Below are positions 9,728 through 19,752 of a stretch of DNA of 55,575 nucleotides, piece by piece. The number at the start of each line of letters is the position of its first letter. Within the stretch, counting starts at the first letter, position 1. The position numbers were made by a program, and so were the translations under genes. This DNA is from Desulfobacterales bacterium (GTDB taxonomy: Bacteria > Desulfobacterota > Desulfobacteria > Desulfobacterales > UBA5616): NCBI GenBank assembly GCA_046483495.1, contig JAWODC010000061.1:1-55575 (forward strand). Reading direction: 5' to 3'. Below the pieces are notes generated by a model, which saw nothing but the letters and a program-made list of their open reading frames with translations, did not search any database and was not told the DNA's origin.

Positions 9728-10369
9728 ATGCGCTTTGAAGCCTTGAACGACATGGCGCTGACAGAAGACCCTAAAAGGCGGGATGCTTTTTACGAGTTTA
9801 TTCCCTGGAATACCGATGATCTATGGCGGGAGGTGAATCAATGCATGGCCTACACCGTGAAAATTCACCGCCGCAGTTTGCACCGTGCCGTCGAAACCGC
9901 CCGGAGTCTGTATTCCGACTTAAAATCGACGTATTCCGTAATGGACGAGCTCTGTGCCGACATCTGCCCCGAATGCCGCGAGCCCTGCTGCCGGGTGGCG
10001 AAATTATGGTTCGATTTTCGGGATTTGATTTTTCTGCATCTGAACAAGATCCCGATCCCCGATGCCCAACCGTTGGCGCATTATAACGACAGCTGCCGTT
10101 ATCTGGGTGCAGCGGGCTGTTTGCTGCCCCGTCAGGCCCGCCCCTGGATTTGCACGTACTACGTATGTCCCGCTCAAACAGCCCGTCTGCGAAAATTAAG
10201 CCGCACCCGGCTTCATGAGCTGAATGCGTTGCTGGAAAATATCAAGACGAGTCGAAAGAGGCTCGAAGACGAATATGTACAGGGTATTTTACCGTCGGCC
10301 CCGTCTCAGTCGAGTGAATGGAGAAAAATTGTCTTGCCGGCCCTTGAAAAGGACAGCCGGCTGTTTTAA
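9728..10369 (+). CDS. Cys-cluster protein, YkgJ/FliB-like putative Zn/Fe-chelating domain (start uncertain)
   Basis: CPECREPCC...CRYL...GCLL...RPWICTYYVC pattern. Confidence 0.65.
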   Translation: MRFEALNDMALTEDPKRRDAFYEFIPWNTDDLWREVNQCMAYTVKIHRRSLHRAVETARSLYSDLKSTYSVMDELCADICPECREPCCRVAKLWFDFRDLIFLHLNKIPIPDAQPLAHYNDSCRYLGAAGCLLPRQARPWICTYYVCPAQTARLRKLSRTRLHELNALLENIKTSRKRLEDEYVQGILPSAPSQSSEWRKIVLPALEKDSRLF

Positions 10370-10446
10370 TTTATGTAGATTGCCGCAAGATCGGACTATC
10401 CGGCGGATCATTCAGGTCATCGATTGGGATATTGGGATCAGCCGAC

Positions 10447-10475
10447 TTGACAGGGGGAATGTTCTATAGTAGAGG
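10447..10475 (+). promoter_or_regulatory. candidate sigma-70 promoter for leader/aroA'-pheA
   Basis: Perfect TTGACA at 10447-10452; -10 uncertain (TAGAGG at 17-nt spacing). Confidence 0.35.
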
Positions 10476-10483
10476 AAAACATC

Positions 10484-10573
10484 ATGTCACACTATTCGAT
10501 CATCATCCAGGCTGATTTTTTTGGGTTTTTTGGTTTTTTTACCGGGACCTGCGGCCTGGGATGCGTCGATTAG
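10484..10573 (+). CDS. Phe-rich attenuator leader peptide MSHYSIIIQADFFGFFGFFTGTCGLGCVD (29 aa)
   Basis: ATG 10484 after AGAGGA; six TTT codons at 10517-10540; TAG 10571-10573; upstream of a terminator and of aromatic biosynthesis genes including pheA. Confidence 0.85.
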   Translation: MSHYSIIIQADFFGFFGFFTGTCGLGCVD

Positions 10574-10626
10574 CACGATACACAATCTCAGAGGGCCGCG
10601 GGTCAGAGACCGGCGGCCCTTTTTTT
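10504..10626 (+). promoter_or_regulatory. ribosome-mediated transcription attenuator (1:2, 2:3, 3:4 helices)
   Basis: CATCCAGGCTG (10504-14) pairs with CGGCCTGGGATG (10552-63); GACCTGCGGCCT (10546-57) pairs with GGGCCGCGGGTC (10593-604); terminator at 10592-10626. Confidence 0.82.
10592..10626 (+). terminator. attenuator intrinsic terminator
   Basis: AGGGCCGC-G-GGTC-AGA-GACC-G-GCGGCCCT followed by a T run, about 55 nt before the ADH synthase ATG. Confidence 0.88.
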
Positions 10627-10681
10627 ATGTCTCGAATCCGGTCGCCGTGATCCGCCGAGTCCTGAAAAAAGGAGGGGGCTT

Positions 10682-11476
10682 ATGCAACTCGGGAAATCGA
10701 TCAGACTGGAGCGAATCTTAAACCGCAATACCCGGCGAACCATTATCGTACCGCTGGACCATGGCGTTTCGGTGGGTCCGATTTTCGGGCTCGTGGATCT
10801 CCGGGACACCGTGGACAAAGTTGCAGAGGGCGGTGCAAATGCCGTTCTCATGCATAAAGGGATTCCCCGGCGGTCTCACCGGCAAAAAGGAAGGGATATC
10901 GGATTGATTATCCACCTGTCCGCCAGCAGCGATCTTTCTCCGTTTCCGAATGCCAAAACGCTGGTAGGCAGTGTTGAGGATGCCCTCAGAATCGGAGCAG
11001 ATGCCGTTTCCGTTCACTTGAATCTCGGTGATGAAACGGAACGGTTTATGTTAAGTGAACTGGGCCGCATTTCCACAAGCGCCGACCACTGGGGCATGCC
11101 GCTGTTGGCCATGGTCTATGCCAGAGGGCGGAAAATTAAAAACGAATTCGATCCAAAGGTCGTAAAACACTGTGCACGGCTTGCCGAGGAGCTCGGCGCC
11201 GATGTCGTGAAAGTCCCATACACCGGGGATATCGATTCATTTAAGGAGGTGGTTGACGGTTGTGATATTCCCATCGTCATCGCAGGCGGCCCCAGGATGG
11301 GTAACATAACCGAAATTCTGCAGATGGCCCATGATGCCATCGAAGCAGGTGCGGCAGGCTTGTCCGTGGGACGGAACATATTTCAGGCGGATGATCCCAC
11401 CGCACTGGTCCGCGCCCTGCACGGCATTGTCCATGAAAACTGGAGCGTCGAGCAGGCCAAAACGGTGTCGACATAA
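10682..11476 (+). CDS. 2-amino-3,7-dideoxy-D-threo-hept-6-ulosonate (ADH) synthase, DhnA-type class I aldolase (AroA'-like)
   Basis: [34 protein letters not shown] and VIAGGP; RBS GGAGG; linked to pheA. Confidence 0.85.
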   Translation: MQLGKSIRLERILNRNTRRTIIVPLDHGVSVGPIFGLVDLRDTVDKVAEGGANAVLMHKGIPRRSHRQKGRDIGLIIHLSASSDLSPFPNAKTLVGSVEDALRIGADAVSVHLNLGDETERFMLSELGRISTSADHWGMPLLAMVYARGRKIKNEFDPKVVKHCARLAEELGADVVKVPYTGDIDSFKEVVDGCDIPIVIAGGPRMGNITEILQMAHDAIEAGAAGLSVGRNIFQADDPTALVRALHGIVHENWSVEQAKTVST

Positions 11477-11549
11477 ACGGCAGAACGGCATACGCCGTTC
11501 AAGCGCTGTAACGCCTTTACGACAACATCAAACAGACCGGACGGATTGC

Positions 11550-12671
11550 ATGAGTGAAAAAAATGACCACAAAGAAAATACCGATATCGCGCGACGGCTT
11601 TCCGATATCAGGGCCCGGATCGATGACACCGACCGGCGGATACTCTACTACCTGAATCAACGGGCCACGCTGTGCAAGGAGGTGGGTAAAATTAAATCCG
11701 CAGCCAAGGATGCCGTTTTCAAACCCTCAAGGGAAAAAGAGATTCAGCAGCGGTTGGTCAGGGAAAACCCCGGCCCGCTTCCCGAGGACCACCTGCTGAC
11801 CATCTACCGCGAAATTCTCTCGTCATCACGGCGTCTGCAACGGCCCCAGGAGGTTGTTTATTTAGGCCCGGAAGGAACTTTTTCTTATTTGGCCGGTGTC
11901 GAATACCTTGGCCACAGCGCCGATTTCCGGCCTTGCAAAAATCTCGCAGAAGTTTTTCATGCCGTATCTTTCAAGGATGCGGAACTCGGTATTATTCCAC
12001 TGGAGAATTCACTGCAGGGCAGCGTAGGACAAAGTCTCGACCTGTTTTTAAAGTACCCCGTTTATGTACAGGCGGAAATATTCTGCAAAATCAGCCATTC
12101 GCTGCTGAGCAATGAGACCGTTTTGGCGTCGGTCAAGACGGTATACTCCCATCCACAAGCCCTGGAGCAGTGCGCCGGATGGCTGAGAACGCATCTTCCG
12201 GCAAGCCACCTGGTTCCCATGGAAAGTACTGCCGCCGCTGGAAAAATGGTCACCGACCACCCCGAGAGCGCCGCCATCGGCCATACCAAACTGGGTGAAA
12301 TGTTTGGGTTGAATGTGCTTTCCCGGAATATCGAGGATCTGCCGGATAATTGGACACGGTTTATGATCATCGGTCCCATGATGCAGTCCGGGGGAAACAA
12401 TGAAAAAACCTCCCTGCTGTTTACATTGCCGGACAAGTCGGGCGCCCTCGTCGGTGTACTGGCGCTTTTGGCGCAGGAGCACATCAATATGAAAAAGCTC
12501 GAATCCAGACCCTTGCGATCGGAAAAATGGCAGTACGTATTTTTTGCGGATGTAGAGTGTGACCTTACGCAGGAACGGTTTGCACCGCTGAGGCGGGAGC
12601 TGGCCGAAAAGTGCCACACTATTCGTATCCTGGGAAGTTATCCGTCCGGCCCCCACCTCGATGGATTATAA
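11550..12671 (+). CDS. pheA: bifunctional chorismate mutase/prephenate dehydratase
   Basis: AroQ-type IRARIDDTD...LNQRA; YLGPEGTFS, PLENS, SHPQALEQC, NWTRF and ACT-domain LESRP. Confidence 0.95.
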   Translation: MSEKNDHKENTDIARRLSDIRARIDDTDRRILYYLNQRATLCKEVGKIKSAAKDAVFKPSREKEIQQRLVRENPGPLPEDHLLTIYREILSSSRRLQRPQEVVYLGPEGTFSYLAGVEYLGHSADFRPCKNLAEVFHAVSFKDAELGIIPLENSLQGSVGQSLDLFLKYPVYVQAEIFCKISHSLLSNETVLASVKTVYSHPQALEQCAGWLRTHLPASHLVPMESTAAAGKMVTDHPESAAIGHTKLGEMFGLNVLSRNIEDLPDNWTRFMIIGPMMQSGGNNEKTSLLFTLPDKSGALVGVLALLAQEHINMKKLESRPLRSEKWQYVFFADVECDLTQERFAPLRRELAEKCHTIRILGSYPSGPHLDGL

Positions 12672-12740
12672 GCAAGTAAACGTCTCAAGCGGTATTCCGG
12701 CGGTTTTCGCAGGTTTTTGCACTAAATTGATGATGACCGT

Positions 12741-12766
12741 AAAGGGGGGAACATGATTCCCCCCTC
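12741..12766. terminator. hairpin between convergent pheA and OMP genes
   Basis: GGGGGAA-CATGA-TTCCCCC. Confidence 0.45.
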
Positions 12767-12803
12767 ATTCCGTTTGGCAACCACTTTGCTATAAAATATA
12801 CGG

Positions 12804-13400
12804 TTAGAATTTGAAACGAACTCCTGCCGTCACGTTATGGCTGTCGTATTCGACTTCCGAGCTGCCTAATTCGGGGTCGTCCGTGGCAAAATAGCGGTAG
12901 GCAAGATCCAAATCCATGGTCGGACCGACGGCCCAAGCGACTCCCACGGTTCCATGATAGGCAAGAACCGTATCGTCATCATCCACTTCATGATAGGCAA
13001 GGCCGACACCGCCTCCAATGTAAGGGGTCAACGGCGCGCCGGTTTTAAGATCGTAAAATACATTCAGAAGAAAAGCCATGGTGTCGAGGGTATCGTCCTC
13101 TACGGCAACCCCGTCGACTTTTATGTCGAAATCACTGCGGCGGTACTCGAATTCTCCCTCGAGTCGGAAATTGTTATCCATGATCATGCCGATGGCGATG
13201 CCCCCCAACCAGCCGGCATCGAAGTCGATATCCACCGGAATCATCATTACCTCACCCTCTTCTTCTTCATCAAGGACGGCATCCGTATCATCGGCTTGGG
13301 TGTAACCGGCTTTGACGGCGACATACATCACTGCAGAGGCGGTGCTTGCGAACAAAAAGGAAAAACAAACCACAAACAATACCAAAATAAATTTTTTCAT
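12804..13400 (-). CDS. outer-membrane beta-barrel protein (opacity porin/OmpA-like membrane domain)
   Basis: Signal peptide MKKFIL...ASA, RLEGEFEY, PYIGGGVG, terminal Phe; RBS AGGAG. Confidence 0.85.
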   Translation of the reverse strand: MKKFILVLFVVCFSFLFASTASAVMYVAVKAGYTQADDTDAVLDEEEEGEVMMIPVDIDFDAGWLGGIAIGMIMDNNFRLEGEFEYRRSDFDIKVDGVAVEDDTLDTMAFLLNVFYDLKTGAPLTPYIGGGVGLAYHEVDDDDTVLAYHGTVGVAWAVGPTMDLDLAYRYFATDDPELGSSEVEYDSHNVTAGVRFKF

Positions 13401-13591
13401 GATTTTTCTCCTTGTTTCAGATGTGGCTGCCAAATCAGGCATGATTCTAAATAAAATCAATACCTAAAAATGGGTAACGAATCAAGGAAAAAAAGGATGG
13501 CAGCTGAATGGTTTTCGGATTGGAGCAAAAAACTTGCCTTTTTACCGATAGCTGATAAATTGATATCGATTTTTTTTTGCGGAGTGCATCT

Positions 13592-14080
13592 ATGAAAAAA
13601 TTTATCGATTATAACCGTTTACGGCAGTATATCCTCGATCAGTTTTATGATCCCGAAGGCTCCATTCACGCCGGCGGCCACTGGCGGCGAGTGGAAAGGA
13701 ACGGATTGTTTTTGGCAAAAAAAACCGGTGCCGACCTCGAAGTGGTTAAGCTGTTCGCTCTTTTCCATGATTCGCGAAGAATGAATGACTGCAGGGATGA
13801 GGGCCATGGGGCCAGGGGTGCCGAACTGGCTTTATCGCTTTTGGGGCGTTTTTTTCATCTTGACGCCGGACGGTTCGATCGATTGTATTATGCCTGTAAA
13901 TGGCATACCGATAAGCGTCATGACGGCGACCCGACCATCGGAACCTGTTGGGATGCCGATCGGCTGGACCTGGGCCGCATCGGCATCGCCCCGGATCCGG
14001 AATTTATGAGCACCGATTTTGCGCGTGAAATCGCCTCCAACGACAGCGTTGATAACCTGTTGGAAAGTATCACCGGATAA
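13592..14080 (+). CDS. HD-domain metal-dependent hydrolase-like protein
   Basis: IHAGGHWRRV, ALFHDSRR, HG and CWDADRLDL motifs. Confidence 0.8.
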   Translation: MKKFIDYNRLRQYILDQFYDPEGSIHAGGHWRRVERNGLFLAKKTGADLEVVKLFALFHDSRRMNDCRDEGHGARGAELALSLLGRFFHLDAGRFDRLYYACKWHTDKRHDGDPTIGTCWDADRLDLGRIGIAPDPEFMSTDFAREIASNDSVDNLLESITG

Positions 14081-14902
14081 TCATCCCGCACCTGCCGTTT
14101 GCCCCAAAAGCCGCTTGACAAACGTGTGGTCTTCGGGCTCATCCACATCCAGTGAAATCTCGGGATATGCCGTTACAACCGGCACCAAATCAACCCCCAG
14201 TCGCCAGGAGATCATTCGTGCCGTTTGTTGCAGCGTCAGTCCCGAAAACAGGTGTATGCCGAAAATAAAGGCCAGACCCATTATCGGGCCGGCGGCCAAT
14301 AATGCTTTTGCTGCATTTTTTCGGTTTTTGTAAGCCCTGCTCAAAGCTCCTGCGAAGGTTGTATTGTTGCGTATCGCCGGTGACAGCAAGGCCAGATTTC
14401 CATGGCACACCGACACATCCCTGAATGTGACAAATTTCTTCGGGGCATGCGCGTAAGGCCCCACAAAGGCGCTATCGGGCACAATCGACAGGAAAATAAA
14501 CGCCTTTTTTTCGGCCGCGTTTGAATATGTTTTAGCGAGAAAATCGTTGACGGCCTCTTGTGTAATCAGCGGCAGGTCGGCGGTTAGTGCCAGGATGACA
14601 GGGGATTGCGAGAAGTATTCAAGACCTTTTAAAAGGCTTCCGGCCATCGTATGGTCTCCGGGAAGAAAACGATACGCGCTCGAATCCGGGAGTTCGTCGG
14701 CGAGTTCATCCGTGGATCCAATGATAAGGGTTTCTCTTATTATGCGGACCTTTTTCAACACATCCAGAACATACTCCAGGGAAGTCTTTTGGCCGTATCG
14801 GATCAAGGCTTTTGGACCGGGCTTGTGTCCGGCGTATAGGGGGACGGCATTTCTGTCACCGGCGAGAACGAGACAGGGTATTTCTTCTTCATCGTGTGGC
14901 AT
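14081..14902 (-). CDS. MobA-like NTP-transferase domain protein
   Basis: LVLAG...KALI, TADLPLI and LDVDEPED. Confidence 0.75.
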   Translation of the reverse strand: MPHDEEEIPCLVLAGDRNAVPLYAGHKPGPKALIRYGQKTSLEYVLDVLKKVRIIRETLIIGSTDELADELPDSSAYRFLPGDHTMAGSLLKGLEYFSQSPVILALTADLPLITQEAVNDFLAKTYSNAAEKKAFIFLSIVPDSAFVGPYAHAPKKFVTFRDVSVCHGNLALLSPAIRNNTTFAGALSRAYKNRKNAAKALLAAGPIMGLAFIFGIHLFSGLTLQQTARMISWRLGVDLVPVVTAYPEISLDVDEPEDHTFVKRLLGQTAGAG

Positions 14903-14919
14903 AGGATAATCCCTTCCGC

Positions 14920-16095
14920 TTATCCCATTTCCGGATGGACACTGTTTCGCTTTTTTGAGATTTTCTTTTTGACAATCGAAAAGACGGCCTCTCTCCTGAT
15001 TTTATTGGAGAGTTTTCGGTAGGAGGCCGGAATCTTATGTTTTTCGTTTCTGAGAACCATTTCGTTCGATCCCGTCGGGCAAGTCGTGACGCAGAGTCCG
15101 CAGCCGATGCACCGGTCGGGATCGTAGAAAAGTGCGCCGTCGACATCGCGCCTGGCCGCTGTCGGGCATCGGGATATGCAGGTGAAGCAGGCACTGCAGG
15201 TGTTTTGGTCAAATTGAACCAGGTACCGCGAGGGTGCTCCCGCAAAACTTTCCCCCCTTTTCAGGCTTTTGATCAAAATACAGCAGCAGGAGCAGCAATT
15301 GCACAGGGTCCGTATGTTTTTAGAGCAGTTGTCGATGTTATGAACGAGTCCTTCCTTGTCGCAGTCTTGTATAATCTGAATCGCTTCCTCGTAATCGATT
15401 TCCCTTGCAAATCCATGCTCGATCAGGGTCTGGGCAAGCTCGTTGAATGCGAGGCAGGTTTCCATCGGATGGCCGCATCCTTCTCCCAGATGGCGTTTGG
15501 CCGCCCGACAGAAACATTTCGCCACACCGATGAGTTTGGCTTCATTTTTGATCATCTCCGTTATTTTGTCGATAGGCAACACTTCACCGGGTGGCGGAAG
15601 TGAGACATCGATGTCTATTTTTCTAAAGGCCTCGTTGCTGGTGATGGTCGGTTCAGACGGAATGACACGAAAATAGGGCGTTTTTGTCTCGATCGGCTCC
15701 TCGAGTTGTCCTTCAATTCCGTGGTTGAAAAATTCTGCAAAAACCGTTTTCTGCCGGGACGCTTCGGGTTTTCTCACTTGCTGTTCGGCCATAAAAACCG
15801 GATTGCCTCTTTCACAAAAGAGCCCCTTTTCATTTCGATAAAGGAGAATGAATCCTTCTGAAGCGAGAAAATGAAGATGGTGCTTCAAATCGTCTTCGAA
15901 AAGATCGGATTTCTTCAGCAATTTGGCGAATGGAATACCGCCGGAGGCGGGAATCAGAAAGTACGTTTCAAGGTAATTTTCAGAAACAGTTTGCTTCAAC
16001 GCTTCTTTAAACCGAATCCGATCCGGTATCTTCCCCACAAATATTTCATAAAACCGGCATAAGTCCTCGTAATAATCGTTTTTTTTCATAAGCAT
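14920..16095 (-). CDS. 4Fe-4S dicluster protein with Cys-rich central domain
   Basis: CFCR, ETCL, GLVH, CNCCSCCC and two CxxCxxCxxxCP motifs. Confidence 0.85.
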   Translation of the reverse strand: MLMKKNDYYEDLCRFYEIFVGKIPDRIRFKEALKQTVSENYLETYFLIPASGGIPFAKLLKKSDLFEDDLKHHLHFLASEGFILLYRNEKGLFCERGNPVFMAEQQVRKPEASRQKTVFAEFFNHGIEGQLEEPIETKTPYFRVIPSEPTITSNEAFRKIDIDVSLPPPGEVLPIDKITEMIKNEAKLIGVAKCFCRAAKRHLGEGCGHPMETCLAFNELAQTLIEHGFAREIDYEEAIQIIQDCDKEGLVHNIDNCSKNIRTLCNCCSCCCILIKSLKRGESFAGAPSRYLVQFDQNTCSACFTCISRCPTAARRDVDGALFYDPDRCIGCGLCVTTCPTGSNEMVLRNEKHKIPASYRKLSNKIRREAVFSIVKKKISKKRNSVHPEMG

Positions 16096-16118
16096 ATCTC
16101 CTCAAAAGGCTTGACCGC

Positions 16119-17717
16119 TCATGTGATATTTGCCTGATTTGCGGGGTCCAATCCGTTTTGAAGCATTTCCCTGAGGTTCCGCTTCAGTATTTTTCCTGTG
16201 GGTGTTCTGGGGATCTCCCGAATCGGGATGATGGCGGCCGGTATCTTGTGGTTTTCCATGTGATGCGAGCAGTACGCGGTGATGTCTTCCTTCGAGAGGG
16301 ATGCCTCGTCTTCGAACACAATAAAAGCGGCTACGGCTTCACCGAAATCGTAATCCTGCATGCCCACTACGGCGGTGTCCGCAATGCCGGGCATGGAAGC
16401 AAGAACCTCTTCGACTTCGGCCGGATAGATGTTTACTCCTCCCCGGATAATCATATCCTTCACCCGGTCGACAATGTAGTAGTATCCCGACGAATCTCTT
16501 ACAGCCACATCTCCGACCGTGATGTGTTTGCCGTGCCGTGTTTGGTCCGTTGCTTCAACATTCTTATAGTAGCCGTCCATCATGGCCTCGTTATACATAT
16601 AGAGGACTCCACGCGCTCCGTCCGGCATCTCTTTTCCGGTATCGTCCAGTATAATAAGATCATTGTTTGCAAAGGCCCTGCCGACACTGCTCGGCCGCTT
16701 TCGCATTTCGGAGGGGGTGATCAGCGTATTCATACCGGATTCCGTCGATCCGTAGTACTCGAATAGACAGTCCCCGTATCGGTCGAGAAAGGACAGCTTG
16801 TATTCGGGAAATAGCGGTGCGGCTCCGCAGATCACGGTTCTGAGGCTTGAAAGATCCAACCGGCGCGTTATGCTTTCCGGAACATCGAGCAGCCTGCGGA
16901 CCATCGTGGGGACCAGATGCGTCGAAGTCACCCCGTACCGGTCGACGAGTTCGAGAAACCCCACGGCGTCGAACCGGGGTTGCATGACCGTGGTGCCGCC
17001 TAAAAGAAAACTGATCGTGTTAAACAGGGTCGGTGCCGAATGGTAAATCGGGCAGCAAACGAGATGCACTTCATCGGCATTCATGCCGAGCGTGCTGATG
17101 GCGGTGAATATATAGTCCAAAACCCCCGGCTTCGAGACGAAATCCGTCTTTCGCGCCGCTCCTTTGGGCCGCCCTGTGGTCCCCGAAGTGTAGATCATGG
17201 AACTGCCCGGTTCGGCAGCGGGAGGTATGGCATCCAAATCGACGTCCGGAACATTGTCAAAAAGAAAACCATAGTCGGATGCTCCGTCAGCCTTTTTTTC
17301 ACCGAATGAAATGAAGCCGTCAGCAAGAATTTTGGGATAATGTTTTCTGAAAGGCAGAATACGGTCGGCGAACTCATGCATGAATATCAAGACCCGGGAG
17401 TCGGAATCATTCACGATATGCTCGATTTCCCTCGGTTTCATTCGAAATCCGACCATCACGAGGCCGACTTCAAGATAGGAAAGGGCTGCAGAGACTTCCG
17501 TATGGACGGGGTCATTGTAGGTCATCAACGCGACCTGGTCTCCCGGGCGCACGCCCATCTCGTAGAGGCTTTTTGCCAGGGCGCGCGCGCGTTTTTTCAA
17601 TTGACCGTAGGTCAGCATGCGGTCCGGGCCGACCACCGCCGGTTTGTCAGGATGGTTGCTTGCGTGAATCTCCAGATAGTTTGGGGGCTTTTCTCTTGGC
17701 ATATCGTTTGTCACCAT
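16119..17717 (-). CDS. AMP-dependent acyl-CoA synthetase/ligase
   Basis: YTSGTTGRPKG, YYGSTE, VGD, DRVKDMIIRGG and PRTPTGKILKR. Confidence 0.93.
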   Translation of the reverse strand: MVTNDMPREKPPNYLEIHASNHPDKPAVVGPDRMLTYGQLKKRARALAKSLYEMGVRPGDQVALMTYNDPVHTEVSAALSYLEVGLVMVGFRMKPREIEHIVNDSDSRVLIFMHEFADRILPFRKHYPKILADGFISFGEKKADGASDYGFLFDNVPDVDLDAIPPAAEPGSSMIYTSGTTGRPKGAARKTDFVSKPGVLDYIFTAISTLGMNADEVHLVCCPIYHSAPTLFNTISFLLGGTTVMQPRFDAVGFLELVDRYGVTSTHLVPTMVRRLLDVPESITRRLDLSSLRTVICGAAPLFPEYKLSFLDRYGDCLFEYYGSTESGMNTLITPSEMRKRPSSVGRAFANNDLIILDDTGKEMPDGARGVLYMYNEAMMDGYYKNVEATDQTRHGKHITVGDVAVRDSSGYYYIVDRVKDMIIRGGVNIYPAEVEEVLASMPGIADTAVVGMQDYDFGEAVAAFIVFEDEASLSKEDITAYCSHHMENHKIPAAIIPIREIPRTPTGKILKRNLREMLQNGLDPANQANIT

Positions 17718-18052
17718 CTTCTCCTCGAACGCTTATCTTAAGCGCTTTTTTGAATCAATCTTGACATCCATACCCAATAAATGTGTTATCCTTTTTTATG
17801 CCTGCCTCCTTGGTTTCGGCTCTGTGTTGGTGTTGTTTATCATTCGGCAATATAACCCACGTTTGCAAGGATGGCAGGTTTTTTTATGAAACGTTTGAAA
17901 ATAATGTCTTCCCCAGATCGAGAAAGCCAGCAAAAAATCATCATGGGCGAGAATGGGCCCATAAAATGCTCGTCGGAGCCCATGATGGTTTTTTGCGGGT
18001 TGCTTGCCTCGTTATGGCGAGCGCCTCGGTTTTAAACTGTCAACCATTATGT

Positions 18053-19048
18053 CTATGTAAGGGGGATTTCTCCCAACGCCGCACGGCAAAGATTACTGAT
18101 CGGCAAAACCGTCAGGCCATGTTCAGGCGCCCTTTTTCTCAAATTGGCATAACAAAGCGGGCACAGGGTGACCATGATTTCGGCGCCGGCATCATGAGCA
18201 TCTTTTAAATTTTTGTGCTTGATGTCATTGGCCATTTCCGGATTTCTCGGTACAATGGCTCCCCCGCAGCATAAGGCATCGACTCCTTCAAAAGAACGCG
18301 TTGGTTTTTCAGCCCCGACCAACTCGAACACGGCATCGACATATGGGTCCTTTTCCGGCGTATACCGGGAGGAACAGGGCCGTTGGTATGCGACGGTTTT
18401 ATCGATCGGCCTTATAGCGCTTTTTAGCTGCTCCAACCGGCGATACATAAACTCCGGCCAGCTTACGGGATGAAAAGGAACCCGGATGCCGAGTTCAGGG
18501 GCGACGGCTTTGAAAAAGGTATAACAATCGTCATGGTAGCACACCACTTCCCCGGCGCCCGTTTCCGCCACATTGCTTACCACTGCGGCGGCGTTTTTTT
18601 CGACCTTGCCGGGCAGGGAAATGTGGTAAAATCCGATTCCACAAAAATATTTTCCCCCTTTAATGAACGTCGCCCCATCAAAGAGCGACCCCTCGAAGAG
18701 TCCGGGAATCAAGGCGTACACGGAACACAGATCGATGATCGTATCCGTTCGATTACCTTGAATTTCCGCCGGCAAACGGTAAGCCATTTCCATGTTTTGT
18801 TCAGGCTGCTCGAAACGAAGCCCCTCACCTTGCTCTTCCTGGCGTTTGACGATCAAGGAAAACGGATCGGCCCCTTCCGGACATATTTCACTGCATCCCA
18901 TGCACGAAATACATTCGGAGATGATGCGGGAGGTGTCGCCTTTTATCAGGTGTTCGATTTGGATTTTACTTTCTTCTTCCGAAATGTCGATGTACGGGCA
19001 CCACATCAGGCACTCCCCGCATAGGGTGCAACGATCTTCTTTAAACAT
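18053..19048 (-). CDS. Fe-S protein with 2x[4Fe-4S] and CCG domains (HdrD/GlpC-like)
   Basis: CTLCGECLMWCP, CISCMGCSEICP, QRPC, CCGG and TLCPLC. Confidence 0.85.
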   Translation of the reverse strand: MFKEDRCTLCGECLMWCPYIDISEEESKIQIEHLIKGDTSRIISECISCMGCSEICPEGADPFSLIVKRQEEQGEGLRFEQPEQNMEMAYRLPAEIQGNRTDTIIDLCSVYALIPGLFEGSLFDGATFIKGGKYFCGIGFYHISLPGKVEKNAAAVVSNVAETGAGEVVCYHDDCYTFFKAVAPELGIRVPFHPVSWPEFMYRRLEQLKSAIRPIDKTVAYQRPCSSRYTPEKDPYVDAVFELVGAEKPTRSFEGVDALCCGGAIVPRNPEMANDIKHKNLKDAHDAGAEIMVTLCPLCYANLRKRAPEHGLTVLPISNLCRAALGEIPLT

Positions 19049-19104
19049 GAAATAACCTCCGGTAAGTTTTTGCCGGGATCGATCGAAAAGCTTGTAAACC
19101 GTTT

Positions 19105-19545
19105 CTACAATGAATCGGCTAATTCGGCGCCGAATGGCTCGGCCTGGCGCGAAAATACATACGAAAACGGTATCGCAATCAGGTCACCGATGATGTAAGT
19201 CAGCATTCCCGTCACGAACACCGCATCATTGGCGGTTAATTGCCCGTGAATAAACAGCGGAAGCACAACGGCGATGACCCATATCGACTTGTAAAACAGC
19301 TGCATCATCAATACGGGAAGAAAGGCCAGGGGTGAGCGAAGTCCAAAAATCGATAGAATACCGAAAGCAACCCACACACTGGCCACGACGCCGAACATCA
19401 TGGGATCTTGTGGAGCGAAGTTATTGATTTTGATCATTTGTTGAGGGAAAAAAAGCATTCCCAAACCGGAAAGCCCCGCCCCGATAATGGTATACCAATA
19501 CATGAATTTGATCCACCCATACCGAATTTTTTGGTGCTGAGACAT
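19105..19545 (-). CDS. hypothetical membrane protein (about 4 TM helices)
   Basis: RBS AAGGAG before ATG 19545; four hydrophobic segments. Confidence 0.7.
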   Translation of the reverse strand: MSQHQKIRYGWIKFMYWYTIIGAGLSGLGMLFFPQQMIKINNFAPQDPMMFGVVASVWVAFGILSIFGLRSPLAFLPVLMMQLFYKSIWVIAVVLPLFIHGQLTANDAVFVTGMLTYIIGDLIAIPFSYVFSRQAEPFGAELADSL

Positions 19546-19752
19546 GACGTTTCTCCTTAGGGAAAGCGTGCAGCCCGGCCTGGCTGCATTTGTTGAGGGT
19601 TGTCGAAGTGCTGAATTGATCGTTAACAAATTCCATTATGATCAATATCACAATCAAGGTCGATTTTAAAGGGAATCGATAAAAACTGAATATATATGGG
19701 CCAAACGGCCCCGAAAACCATGATAACGAATCGTTTGGTTGAAAAATAAACG

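Noticed and set aside
10521..10721. 66-aa TTG-start ORF across the attenuator
   Set aside because: No RBS and it crosses the terminator; the Phe-rich frame starting at 10484 explains the region better.
11331..11549. 73-aa N-terminal extension of PheA
   Set aside because: Overlaps the aldolase gene; chorismate mutase similarity starts after ATG 11550.
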